Below, piece after piece: positions 42,952-55,800 of a stretch of DNA of 58,325 nucleotides. The stretch covers positions 1 through 58,325 of the IMG/VR virus record IMGVR_UViG_3300006919_000061, one strand, 5' to 3'. Origin of the DNA: a virus. Taxonomy: Duplodnaviria > Caudoviricetes. The notes beneath the pieces are model-generated. The model worked only from the letters and a program-made list of their open reading frames with translations, was not told the origin of the DNA and did no database searches. A program made the translations under genes and the position numbers. The stretch's first letter is position 1. The number at the start of each line of letters is the position of its first letter.

Positions 42952-44867
42952 TGGCTAAGAAGAATACATACGCTGCTATGATGAAGCAGCTCTCTGGTAA
43001 GAAAGCCAAGTACGAAAAAGGACTGGCAGAGGCAAACCGCACGGGAAACCGTAGCGGTATTGCTGATTATAGCCGCAGGCTGCAACAGCTGACTGCTGGC
43101 ATGGACGAGCTGTTTGACGCTCAGGAAGCTGGCAAGCAGAAGAAGATGTACGGCGGTAAGACCAAGTACAACGATGGCGGCTTTACTGCCAAGCAGTATC
43201 AAGACTACCTTGACCATAAGCGTTACAACCGCAAGCAGGGGTATGGAGAGATTGTAACTAACCCGCACCTCAAAGCGATGGTTCCTTTGTTTGAGGCTGC
43301 TATGGCTGCAGGCATCGACCCGCTCCAAGGCTGGGACGGCACGTCTACTGGTACCTTTGGTACTAAATATGAGCAAGAGACTATTGATAACCCCAACCTT
43401 GTTGTAGAGGATGCAGGGTTTACAGCTAGTGACTACACTCGCTACAAGAACTTTGAGAAGGCTCGTAAGACTAGCAGGGGAATCTTTAAGCCAGAGGAGC
43501 TCACTGCAATGAGCGCTTTGGGTCAGAAGATTTATGCCGCACAGCAGATGGGCATTGACCCGTCTAAAGGCTTTGATGGCATCCCGCGTGACGTTCGTAC
43601 TGACGAGCAGCGCCTTGCTGACCAACGGCAGGGAGAAGCTGACAAAGTTATTAAGTCTACCCAAGGTAAGGACAACCCTTACTCAGACATCACTAACAGT
43701 GACCGAGTTACGGCAGTTCCTTACGACGGCACTCCCGGTGCGTATGTGCGCGACGGCAAGATGTTTGTCAATTCTGTTCGTGCTGGTGGAGCCAACATTC
43801 TGACAGAGCCTCAGCTTAAGGACTGGAAAAATAACGGCCTTAACACGTATCTTGAGAACCTCAATCAGGGCGTGTATGGCGCCCGTAGGCAGTCTAACGT
43901 AAACCCGAATCAGGGTGTTATGACTGGCGGAGTACAAACAAGCGGAGACAATACTCCGGGTGCACCGGGTGTTGACGCCAACGGCAACCAAGTACTTGAC
44001 ACTGTAACAATTACCCCGGGGCCTACACCTGCTCCAGCACCTGCACCTGCACCGCAAACTGGTGGTACGGCTGCAGCTCCACAGCGTCCTGAGTTTACGC
44101 CTATCGAGCCTCTTGATATGCTTGGACCTGAGCGTATCCTTAACACTGCTAAGGGTGACGCGTACTACCCCGGCGGTGTTCAACGTAACATCCTCGGTGG
44201 TCCTCAAGACTTGTCTACTGACCCCGCTATTCCTACAAAGACTACGCGCATGCGTGAGTTTCGGGATAAGATTGGTGACGGTATCAAAGCTAATCCGCAG
44301 GCTCTTGGTATGCTGGCCGGTGGCCTTGCACAGATGTTGCCTACGATGGCTAGCATGAAGCAGATGAAGAACCTTGAGGGTCCTGTGGATATGCCGATGC
44401 AGCGTGTGCAGGCTATGAACACCGACATTCAGGTGGGCAAGCAGATGCAGCAGATTAAAGATGCAGAGGCACGTAGTGCTGCTGCTATCGCGGCTAACGT
44501 ATCTAACCCTGTGGTTGCAGCTGCTATGCGGCGTGCAGGTCAGCAGGCTACACAGAGGTCTATGGCTAACCTGCTTGGCAACGAGGCTACGCAAGAAGCA
44601 CAGATGCGCAATCAGAACCTGCGCATGATGAACGACACTATCAACCAGAACGCAATGATTCAAGCACAGAATCAGCAGCGTGGCGTTGACTTTGAGAATG
44701 ACCGTATTGCGTCTTTGAACCGTATGCGTCAAAGCATGGGACAGACGTTGGGCGGTATGTACACGGACTTCCAGCGTGCAGCTCTTGACCGTGAGAAACT
44801 AAAGTACATGCGTGAGGCGTACGACCCGTACAACCTTGGCGCAACTGATGAAGAACGCAACCAGTAA
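42951..44867 (+). CDS. Virion cargo / ejection protein 2
   Basis: 638 aa; PAPAP linker and Q/M/N-rich helical C-terminus. Confidence 0.75.
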   Translation: MAKKNTYAAMMKQLSGKKAKYEKGLAEANRTGNRSGIADYSRRLQQLTAGMDELFDAQEAGKQKKMYGGKTKYNDGGFTAKQYQDYLDHKRYNRKQGYGEIVTNPHLKAMVPLFEAAMAAGIDPLQGWDGTSTGTFGTKYEQETIDNPNLVVEDAGFTASDYTRYKNFEKARKTSRGIFKPEELTAMSALGQKIYAAQQMGIDPSKGFDGIPRDVRTDEQRLADQRQGEADKVIKSTQGKDNPYSDITNSDRVTAVPYDGTPGAYVRDGKMFVNSVRAGGANILTEPQLKDWKNNGLNTYLENLNQGVYGARRQSNVNPNQGVMTGGVQTSGDNTPGAPGVDANGNQVLDTVTITPGPTPAPAPAPAPQTGGTAAAPQRPEFTPIEPLDMLGPERILNTAKGDAYYPGGVQRNILGGPQDLSTDPAIPTKTTRMREFRDKIGDGIKANPQALGMLAGGLAQMLPTMASMKQMKNLEGPVDMPMQRVQAMNTDIQVGKQMQQIKDAEARSAAAIAANVSNPVVAAAMRRAGQQATQRSMANLLGNEATQEAQMRNQNLRMMNDTINQNAMIQAQNQQRGVDFENDRIASLNRMRQSMGQTLGGMYTDFQRAALDREKLKYMREAYDPYNLGATDEERNQ

Positions 44868-46783
44868 TGTCTGTATTTGACAAGTTCCGGGCTAACCCCT
44901 ACGTTAGCACCTACATTGGCGCACCCGTCAACGAAATGGCTCAAGCTATGGCAGCTCGCACACAGCGGGCTGACCAGTTCTATGCGCAAGAGGATGCACT
45001 GGAGGATGCCTTCCGGCAAGACTCGCACCTCAAGCAGGACGACACAATGTTTAACGAGGCGCAGAAAGAAATCCGCGCACAGATTGAGGAGCTCTCTAAG
45101 AACCCTCACCAGAGCCAACGGCAGATTAAAGCACTGTCTCGTCAGTATGCTAACAACGACAACCTAAAGGTTGCTCGTAGTAACTACAGGGCGTACCAAG
45201 ACTGGCAGACTAAGTTTGACGAGGACCCCACTAAGTTTGGAGGCGACGTCGTTGCCGGTATTGCCGCTAGTAAACTTGCTAATTATGGTGGTGCTGCTGC
45301 TGGAGACAAGCTAAAGTTTGATTCTCTGTACGAGCACAAGGACATTAACAAGACGCTGACTGACGCTGCTAAGACTATCAAGCAGCAGCAGGACGTTATC
45401 CAGACTATTGACGGTCGCTTCCTTAACACGAAGACTAAGAAGTACATTACGCCCGAGCAAGCATCGCAGGTGCTTATGGGTACGTTGATGAACGACCCGA
45501 CGATTGTTAAGCAAATCCAAGAGGCAGCTGGCTTCTACGGCATGGACCCGCAAGCATACGCGTTGCAGTTGATTCAGCCGCAGGTGTCTGCTATTACTAA
45601 CCCGCAGTACGACATTAAAAGCCAAGCTCTTCCTAAGGAAGGCAAGGGCAGCGGTAGCGGTGGTAGCGGCTTCGGTACTGGCGTTGGTGCTACGCACGCA
45701 GGCCCGTCTATGGTTGACGAGACGCACGGCGCGTTCCGTGGCATGAATGCAAAAGACATCATTAACAAACTGCGTACCGACGAGGGCGCCGAGAACGATG
45801 TAGTGAAGCAGGAGTTTGTTGAGTTCTACACCAACCAGCTCGGACAAGAGGCTGCTAGCGTGCAAGACAAGCACCTTGTTGAGTACATTGAACAGAATGG
45901 CATGGACGCTATCCATGAGATGGAGATGGGTAACACGACTAACTACAAGCAGTGGCACCTTGAAAAGTATGGAGAAGTTGGCAATATTAGCAGCACGCTT
46001 GAGCGTAAGCTGAGCAGCGCTGGCGTAAACGACTGGTTTGGTGACGCTTACGGCGACGGTGCAGGTAATGCTTTTGCAGATAAGTACACCAACACGACTA
46101 CCAATATGGTTATCGAGGACGCGCACATTGCTCTGCAGGACATGGGCTACAGCGCTGGTGATGTTACTAAGCTTCGTCAGAACGCCTTTACTCAGCTTCT
46201 TGGTCAGGCACAGATTGAGATGCTTGACCCTGAGACTGGTAGGCCTGTCAAGAAGGGACAAGAAGACTTTGCTGAAGCAGGGTACACTGACGGCGAGCTT
46301 ATTGGCTTTGGACAATCTTCAGATTACGCAGAATTTAAGGTCAAGAATGCTGAAGGTGTCGAAGAAATTGTGTATATTAAGATGCCGGCAGACCGCTTTG
46401 GTCTTACCGCTCAGCGCTTCAATCAAGGTATTGCAAAGGGCTACGGTGACGGCAAGAACGTTAACTACGCACAACTCGGTAAGTCAGCTATGGGACTCAA
46501 CCCGCAACTTGGAGCAGAGGCACGTACAGCAACGTCACGCGCATTTAATGGTGACACTGATGTAACTATCCCGTTGTCTCGTTTCTCTAACCGCATGGAT
46601 GGCATGGCCACCTTGGTGCGAGATGCTGACGGTGACTACACCGTAAACGTTAACGGCAAGAACATGTTGGCTAGCAACCCAGCGGCTGCTGCTACTCTTA
46701 CAAACGCTATCAATTCACAAGACGCCAGTACACTTGCTGGTATCTTGTCTGGCATTGGTGTCGAGCTGAATAAAACACAGTGA
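44867..46783 (+). CDS. Virion cargo / ejection protein 3
   Basis: 638 aa; N-terminal YVSTYIGAP, helical body, GSGSGGSG linker. Confidence 0.75.
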   Translation: MSVFDKFRANPYVSTYIGAPVNEMAQAMAARTQRADQFYAQEDALEDAFRQDSHLKQDDTMFNEAQKEIRAQIEELSKNPHQSQRQIKALSRQYANNDNLKVARSNYRAYQDWQTKFDEDPTKFGGDVVAGIAASKLANYGGAAAGDKLKFDSLYEHKDINKTLTDAAKTIKQQQDVIQTIDGRFLNTKTKKYITPEQASQVLMGTLMNDPTIVKQIQEAAGFYGMDPQAYALQLIQPQVSAITNPQYDIKSQALPKEGKGSGSGGSGFGTGVGATHAGPSMVDETHGAFRGMNAKDIINKLRTDEGAENDVVKQEFVEFYTNQLGQEAASVQDKHLVEYIEQNGMDAIHEMEMGNTTNYKQWHLEKYGEVGNISSTLERKLSSAGVNDWFGDAYGDGAGNAFADKYTNTTTNMVIEDAHIALQDMGYSAGDVTKLRQNAFTQLLGQAQIEMLDPETGRPVKKGQEDFAEAGYTDGELIGFGQSSDYAEFKVKNAEGVEEIVYIKMPADRFGLTAQRFNQGIAKGYGDGKNVNYAQLGKSAMGLNPQLGAEARTATSRAFNGDTDVTIPLSRFSNRMDGMATLVRDADGDYTVNVNGKNMLASNPAAAATLTNAINSQDASTLAGILSGIGVELNKTQ

Positions 46784-46815
46784 CGGCACACCCAACCTAC
46801 ACAGCACACTAAGTA

Positions 46816-49800
46816 ATGTCTGAGGAGAACACCACGGATGGGGGAACTAATACCCCGAACCAAGAAACATCAGGAAATTCTATATCGAATACCCCTGAGT
46901 ACGGTCTGAACTTTAACAACCTTTCCTTTAGCCAAGGGCCTACCGAGCAGGTACGGAGCTTTGACGAGACCAAGGAGTTCATGGACGACACGACACAGTT
47001 CGGTCGCTATGATAACTTTGAGTCTGCGGCTCTGAACCAGTCTGGCTGGGAGGCACTGGGCCGTGGAGCTATGAACGCTGTGGGCGAAGTCGTCGGCGGT
47101 GGTATGGAAGGTATCGGTGCGCTGTTCAACTGGAACACGCTGACCGACCCTAAGAACACGGAGCGCAACTTCCTTGAGATGCTCGGCCAAGAGGTGCGGG
47201 GTAGCTTTGAGGATGGCAACGAAATCTACGACCTGCGGGCTGGAGAGACTATGGACGTGATGAACGTCAAGTGGTGGGCTAAGAACCTGCCGTCTCTTGC
47301 GTCTACTGCTTCTATGTTTGTGCCCGGTATGGGTGCTGGCTTTGTTGCTGCTAAGGTTCTGTCAAAGGCAGGACGCACGCTGAACAAGATTAACAAGATT
47401 GGTAAGACTTTGGACAAGGCTGAGGAGCTGGCTAGTGTTGCCAAGGCTGGTAACATTGGTTCTGCTGTCGGTCGTCAGTTTGGTGGTGCTGTGGCCATGC
47501 GTCACGCAGAGAACATGCGTTCTGCGCACGACGTGTACGAGCAGGCTTACGCTGACATTGCTAATTCTGACGGAGGCGTCGAGCAGTTCAAGGGCACTAC
47601 TGCATGGCGTGCTGCTGTTGAAGAGTTGGGACACCAACCTACTAAGGAAGAGCTTGCTGAGTACGTGGCAGGACAAGCCTCGTTGCAGTCCTACAAGGTA
47701 AACAGCCTGAACATTGGCTTTGACCTCCTGCACATGGGTGCACTCTCAAAGGCCCTCAAGGGTACGCGGGGTGTGCGTCGTGGGCTCAAGGGCGCTAAGC
47801 AAAAGGCAGCAGCTGCTGGTAAAGAGCTGACGCGTAAGCAGCGTAACATCGCACGGGCTAAGGGTCTGAGCGCTACGTTGTTTGAAGCTGGTACCGAGGG
47901 TATTGAGGAAGCTGTTAACTTTATTGGTGAGAACGAAGGTCGTTACCTTGGCCGTCAGATTTCTGGAGGCGAGCAAACTAAGTTTGGTGACCGTTTCAAT
48001 GAGTACGTTGCTGATGACCACTTGTGGGAGTCTGCATTCCTTGGCGCTCTCGGTGGAGGCGTGATGGCAGGTGGCGGCTCTCTTGTTGGCCGTGGCAAGG
48101 CTACGCGTAACCATGAGAAAATCATGGAGCAGATTGAGACGCGTAAGAAAGCCCTTGCTGAGATTGGTAAAAAGGTTGATGCCGCTAGTAAGACTGGTGA
48201 CGTTCGTGCGCAGCGTGAGGCTGTGCGTGAGGCCGTTACTGCAGAGGCTTTTGGAATGGGAGCCGAGTCTGCGTACAGCGGAACGGCTGACCTGCTGGAG
48301 ATTCAGTTGGCTCAGTTTGAGGAGGCACTGCGCGAAGAGGGTCACAGCCCTCGCATGATTGAGCAGACGCTTAACGACATTGCTAACCAGTTTAACACTG
48401 CTGAGCAGTCTGTTGAGAAGGGACAGCTTGTGGTGCAAGAGCTCGGCCTCGATGAGGACACGGGCATGGAGGTAATGAACCAACTCCTGCAACACGACTT
48501 TGTCGCTAACAAGATTGCAAACAAGCGCCAAGCTAACACTCGTAAGCTGCAGGGTCTGCCCAAGAGCGAAGAGCGTAAGCGGGAGATTATGTGGCACTAC
48601 CTCAACGAATACCTGAATAAGGAAGAGGAGCAGGATGCCAAGGTAATCGAGCGGCTTGAGGAAGCTATGGGCGGCCGAGAAGCTGTGCAGGCTATGACCG
48701 AGCGCATTGTTGGTAAGGTTGAGCAGAACACTACGGTTGACACAGCCGCTGTTGCTGCAGCAAACGAAAAGCTTGACCTTGCTATGGCTAAGGTCGAAAG
48801 CCTTAAGGCTGCAGTTGCTAACCAGTCAGACAACGAGGCTGCTAAGCGTCAACTGGCTGATGAGTTGATTGAAGCTAACGCTGCGGTAGAGGCTGCAAAG
48901 GCTGGTGTCGAGACTGCTAAGGCAGGTACTACAGAAGACATTGTTACCGAGGGCACGCCTATCCAAGAGGTTGGTGAGAACAAAGCAGACGATGTTTTGC
49001 AGAGCGAGATTGAGCTGGACTTCCAAGAAGCTGAGCTTGCTAAGCAGCGTGCTGCATTCTTGAGTGACGAGAACATCGACAAGCTGGTCGAGAAGTCTGA
49101 GGAGCGCAGGGCTGCTAAAGATAAAGAGCGCACTAAGCGGCGTAAGGAAGCTAAGGAAGAAGCTAAGACTAAGGAGGAGCTCGAGGCGCTGAAGAAGACT
49201 GCCGAGACTGTTGAGGAAGAGCAAGAGATTGACGATGCCTTGACGGACATGGTCAACCAAGCTAAGAACAACGAGACCCAGAAGGAACAAGAGCGTAGCA
49301 AGGATGTACAAGTTCCGACTGAGGTACAGAAGGATATTGATACGCTGCTTGAAAACAGCAAGTATGTACAGCTAAACGAGGATGGCTCGGCTTACGTTGA
49401 TAGCCGTACAGGTCAGCGGTACGTCCGCACGACTACGTGGATGAAGGGACCGAACGCTGCAGAGGAGTCTTTCTCTGACACGTTTGGTATTCCGTCCTCT
49501 AACATTGGTAACTCTGTTGACGAGTTTGTCCGTGACTTTATGGACGGCAATGTGCGCGCACCAGAGGCATACCCCCACTTGCCCGTTGAGCATCAAGAGA
49601 AGCTGGCACTGCAACTCATGGAGTTGGAGGCACAGTTTGTTGCTAACGGTGAGAAGGTTATTGCTAAAGACGTCGTGCTGTTTAACGACATGGATGTCAG
49701 CAACTTAGACCCTAGTGCGTCTGGTGTTGCTGGTACGGTTGACCTGTTGACTGTAGACGCCGAAGGTAACTTCCGTGTCTATGACATGAAGACCATCCGT

Positions 49801-52800
49801 AATGCTGCGTCTAAGAAGAAGGTTGTGCCTTTCGAGACCGACGGTATTAATCGTCGTACCGGCAAGGCTAAGTACGGCACTGGAGATAAAAGCTACAAAG
49901 GCTCTCCTACGCTGCAACAGAAGCACCAGAAGCAGTTGTCTGCTTACCGCCTGATGCTGATGAACCAACTTGGACGTCCTGTTCCTGAGATTGGCATTAT
50001 CCCTGTTGACGTTAGCTACGACACGAACGACAGCCTGAGCACGGAAGAGCTGAATGCTATCGTGACTGGCCGCGCCGACTACTTGGGCATGATTGCTCAC
50101 ACCCCGTTGGCTAAGCTTAACGGGTTGACTGAGCCTGAAGTTAACAACGCAGAGCCTGACCCGGACGACGCACCGGACCCGGGCAAAGACGATACTAAGG
50201 ACGAGGACCCTCAGGATAACCAGCCTGTTACGACGGTAGAGTTGGAACCGGGTACTGTTACCATCGAGACCCCTGACCTGATTCAGTTCTTTACGGAGAA
50301 GCTGTCGGTTGACTACGACCGTCACCGTGGCGAACCCTACCTTGTGCACACCGCCAACGGCCCTATCGTTATGGACGAGAGCCTGACGAAGGACCAGATG
50401 CTGCTGTTGCAAGAGGTTATCTCTGGCGCTAACACGGAGCCTATTACTATCCGTGTTGTAGGCGACACTACGCCTATTCCAAGCGTTGAGGTTTTTGACG
50501 CTCTTAAGGATACGCACGCTGCTGATAGCTTGCTTACTGAGAAGAACAAGAAAGGCCGCCGTCAGTACCGTCCTAGCGGTAAAGGCGACACCTTGGCACT
50601 GGACATTTTTGTAGGAGACCAGCGACTTGGCACATTGCCAAACACGAGTGCGCTTATGATGGCTGCACACAGACGTGGTATGGCTGAGAGCACTAGTGTC
50701 ATTAAAGGCGGCAAGAACAAAGGCTTGATGTTCCGTCAGAAATCTGAGGACGGATTTGGCGTTGGTTCACGTGTGGGCGAGGTACGTAAGCACGAGAACC
50801 GCATGATGACTGGGCCTACGCAGGCTGAGCACTTTGAGCGGGCTGCACAGATGCACGCTCTGCGCCAGCAGTTGTGGGAGCTGCACACGGCTAACGGAAA
50901 GAACATCGCTGACGGCGTATCGTTCCGTGTTAACATTAACTTTGGCGAGACTAGCTTTGGCAACAAGGCACAGGGTAGTCTCATCATGGACAGCAGCATG
51001 GAAGTGCGGGCTGAGCAGTATGGTGTGGGTGCATCTATCCGCCGTCACGGTATTGCGTTGATGATGCCTAACACGGGTAACAAGGAAATGTCCTTGAAGC
51101 GTAGTGGTGAGCGTGCTGCTCCGATTACACCTTACGGGTACAATGAGACGCGCCATCAGCAGGACGGGTTTAACCTTAGCCGCCACGAGTCTGGTGCATT
51201 GTTTGTGCCGATTGAAAGTGCAGGCGAGGTCATCTGGGTTAAGATGCCGGGCCAGACTGTAAGCATGCTAAACAACGGCGAGCGCATTGCCCGTGACATT
51301 ATTACGGAGCTTGCGAATCCTACGGCTAACAGCATTGCGCGTGCACAGAACCTTATTGGTAGCAACATTGTCCAAGAGATTGAGCCCGGTGTGTTTGCTA
51401 TCTTTGCAGACAATCGTAACATTAAGGTACCTGAAAGCCCAGAGAACTTAGCAGTGTCTATCTACCGCGACGGTCAATGGAGCACTCCGCTTGAGGAGAT
51501 TGTGCCTAACATGAACGTTGACATTGCAGTCAAGATTGCACAAGGCGACTCTGCATTTAACACCGACGAGTCCTTTACCGTTGGTGGTACTAAGTTCGAC
51601 GGCATCTCTGACTTCGTGGCTTCCGAGATGAAGCTAGGTCACTCACCTGTAGTGGACGGGGACGGCAACGTTATCAGCTGGACGCACCCACTTGCACCGG
51701 CATACCCTTATAACGAAGGCGACAAGGACAAGAGCTTCTCTAACGAGAACACCATGAAGACGCAGTTGACTATGACTGCTACCGTGTTGACGGGTGGTGA
51801 GGTTAAGCCTGTTACTACCTTGAGTGGTAAGGACTTGCTTGACGGTCTTATGGACAAGGACTCTACTGTCCCAGAAGGTGAAAAGGCGTTTGACGTAGAA
51901 GGCGACTTAGACTTCAGCTTCCTTACGATTGCTGCTGCTGAGTCCTCTAACAACGCAGACCGAGCTACCAAGATTGACATGAAGGAGGCCGAAGAGTGGT
52001 GGGCCAAGAACATGAGCTCTGTCCCGTTCAAGCGAGTCAAGGGCATCATCGAGCGTAATGGTCTCCTCGGATACGGTATCTTTGAGAAAGGTGCCGTTGA
52101 GGTGAGCGACCGCGCTGTAAAAGGTACGGAGTACCACGAGGCATTCCACGCCGTGTTCCAGATGTTCTTGTCTGATGACCGTCAGGCTAAGGTCATGGCA
52201 GACGCTAAGCGTTTGTACGGAGCTAAGAGCGAAGAAGCTTTGGAAGAAGATTTGGCTGAGGACTTCCGTGAGTATATGATGACTAGCGGCAAGAGCATGA
52301 ACGAAAAGTCTGTGGTTCGCCGCTTCTTTTCTGAGCTTATGGAGCTTATCAATGCTCTTACTAAGGAAGGCTTTTCCGGCTACCGTAAGGCTAAGTTGTT
52401 TCAGCAAATCAACCGTGGTAAGTTTAACAACGCTAGCCCCCGCGTGCGGGAGTACGCTACGCGTAACATGTTGATTGCAGAGAACCTGCCTGACTACAAC
52501 GAGAACGTACAAAAGGAGCTAGTGCAGAATGTGCAGTCAGCTGCCTTTACCGCTATCCGTGCTGCACAACGCGGCAAGGCTCCTGCGTCAATCATGAACT
52601 TGTACAACGACCTTAAGCAGCTCAACGCTATGAGCCGTAAGGAGTACAACGCTATGGCTAAAGCGCAGGACATGGACGGCATCCAACAGGAGGACCTGAT
52701 TAACCAGAAGATGGTTCAGCTCGGTATGCAGGCTATGGTTCACCAAGCTAACATGGTCTTGAAGACTGCGCCTAATCGTGCAGAGCTTGCTGCTCGCTAC

Positions 52801-55800
52801 AAAAAGCTGTTTAAACAAGACGTTGAGCCTATTAGCAAGTTCTTGTCTGAGCACCCCACCGTGCGCGCCTTTACCAAAAGCGCACTTGATACTGAGTTCA
52901 CTGCCGGTACTAACCAGCACCAGCAGAACAACGACTCGTTTGAGAAGATGAACCCGAAGGACAGCCTGTCGGCTAACGTCCGCAACCTCATCAACACTAC
53001 GCCCGAGGTCAGCATTGAGCTGTCACAGAACTCTCCGCAGATTGAGTTTCACATGGCTGCTGCTCGTTTGGCAGGACAGGAGGGTGACTTTGCTAAGGCA
53101 CAGGAGCACATCGCTGAGGTGCAGAACCTTGTTAACTCTAACGCTACTGAGACACACTTTGGCCTGCCGCAGATGATGCAAGTAGACCGAGTGTTTGCGT
53201 TCATGAGCGAGCGCCTTGCTAACAAGGCTACGCCTGAGGCTATGATTGACGAGCTCTTCCGCATGGGTGACTCGTACCCGCAGTTTAAGTTGCTGGGTCT
53301 GCGCCTTATGAAAGAGACGCCGGACGTGCGCGCTCAGTTCTTTGCAGGCTTCCGCCGTGGTGACACGACTGAGTTGGTGGTGAACAACCGCAAGTTTATT
53401 GAGGTCAGGGGCCCATTCGGTGGTACCTTGGCTAACCACAACCGTGTGCCGATTCAGTTGCGCATGGAAGAAATTGCCGCTGCCAAAGGCAAGGACCTTG
53501 TGCAGACTGCACGTGACGCACAAGCTGCTGCACAACGGGCACTTAAGGAAGTGCCTAACATGACGAATGAGCAGTTTGAAAAGACTGCTAACAAGTGGCT
53601 TGACGTTATTGGCTTCCAGACTATGGACCCGCAGGCACGTAGTGTTGTCTTGGCTAAGATTACACAAGACCCAGATGCACGCGCTAAGCTGTTCTCTAAT
53701 ATTGCTAACGTGCTGGGCGCGTACTCTGGCGTAGCTAACGCCAAAGACGTTACAGACTTGACATCTGACAAGCTGTTTAACAAGCACTTGATGAAGCTTG
53801 CTGAGCAGTTCCAAGCTGCAGACATGGGTGCTATTAGCACTACGTTTAACAACGTGGCTGGCAGCCGTCAGTTTTCTAAGCAAGTGCCGTCGTTTATTAC
53901 GGAGTGGTTCGACCAGTTCCAGAACTTCCCAGAAGGTACGGACATCGAAGCCAAGCTGCGGGAGACTGTCTTCCGTGACCCGCGCATGTACGCCACTACC
54001 TACGGCAAGTTGTTGTTCCCTAACGGAGCAAGCAAGCCGATGGACATGGCAGGCATGGCTGCTATCCGCACGTATCGTCTTGGTGGTAACGAAAGCTCAC
54101 AAGCTAAGTACACGGAGATGACCGAAGAGGAGTGGATGGGTATGCTGATTTCTGCAGTGTCTAATCCGGTTGAGGTTGCGCACAACAGCAAGTACCATTT
54201 CCTGCCCATCACTACGCCGTCTGACGCTACGAACACTATGATGGTGCCGGCGTTTATCTACGACATGCGCTCTGACGCAGGCAAGAAAGCAGCGCGTATG
54301 CAGCTGCGCAAGACTATTAAGTCTGAGTTCTACGAGCTGCAGCGCGTGCCGGGCCGCTTTACTATTGGTGCGGTGCACGAGTACTTGAGCAAAGAGCTGA
54401 ACAGGAAGAACGAAGACGGGGAAGGCAACTTCCAGATTGACATGGCTACGCTGCCAGAGGAGTTGCTTAATGAGGCAGTGGACAAGGCCGTGGGTTCCTT
54501 TGCTAAGGAGGCGCAAGCTCTTGTTGCTGACGAGAATTTCCAGCGCGCTAAGCAAAAGTCTAACCGCAAGGAGTCCAATAACATGGAGCTCGCACTGACG
54601 ATGGTTGTGTCGGGCTACATGAGCAACTGGTCTACTGGTGTGTCTCTTGCAGGTACGCCGAACGAGTTCAGCTCTAAGCTGAAGAAGAACACGGTTGACA
54701 TGCAGAAGCGCCACAAGCACATCCTGTCCCCGGGTGTTGCTAACGCAGGCGTTACTGCTCGCTCCCACTTCCGCAGCGTGACGATGGTTGAGTCCGTCGA
54801 GAATCTGCAGAAGCTTTGGGAAGGACTTGACCAGACGTTTGCTCTTGACGACAACTACAAGAAGGTTGAGATTGCAGACGCTCAGTCCTACGTGAGCCTT
54901 GAGTTCTACGAGGACATCCTGATGGAGCACGGTGACTGGACCCCTGAGATTGGTGCTGCTATTGCAAAGGCCAAGAAGGGTGAGAAGCTGGACGCTAGCG
55001 ACGTGAAGTTGCTGCGCCCGTACAAGCCGTTCTATTACACGCGTCAGTTTGATGCGGACCTCGGCATGTCCCGCTCGTACCAGATTAAGAACTCCATCAT
55101 CCCTGTGGTGGGTGCGCTTAGCCCCGAGTTTAAGAAGTTTGAGGACTGGATGCGCGCGTCTGGTGTTGACCAAGTGCAGATGGGCACGGCCCACAAGGTG
55201 GGGCAGCACAAGAACAACATCCCACTGCGTAACGCAGAGGGTGAGTTCACTGGCGTTGCTCCTACTACTAACGAAGAAAAAGCCTCGTTTGACGAGGAGT
55301 TCGTGTACGAGCTGCCGATGACAGGATACCGCAAGCAGGTTAACGTCACCGACCACTGGCACTCTGACTCCGAGAACAAGCTTGCTAGTCAGCTCGAGAA
55401 GATTGTGACTGCCGCCGCTGTCCGTAACATGGGCGAGGAGGGTGCTCGTATTTCTAACGAGTTCGTCCAGACTATGGATGAGATTTACAAGGAGCAGTAC
55501 GACAAGTTCTTTGGTCAGTTCGAGACTAGCAACGGAGAGATTAACCCCAAGAAGTTTGCTGAGTGGCTGCTTAGCGAGATGGCTGAGGACGAGCTTACAG
55601 ACTCTAGCCGTAAGCTTATTCAGGCTGGCATGTTCACCGCGCCTAGCGTGATTGGTGCAGTGCGTGGCCGTATCTTCTCTGCTGTGCAGAAGGAGGTGAA
55701 CACCATTCAAGTGAACGGTGGTACGCAAGTGCAGGTGGCCAGCCAGTTCTTCCGGACTAACAAGAACCGCTTGCTGCCTATGCGCAAGGAGGGGGACAAG

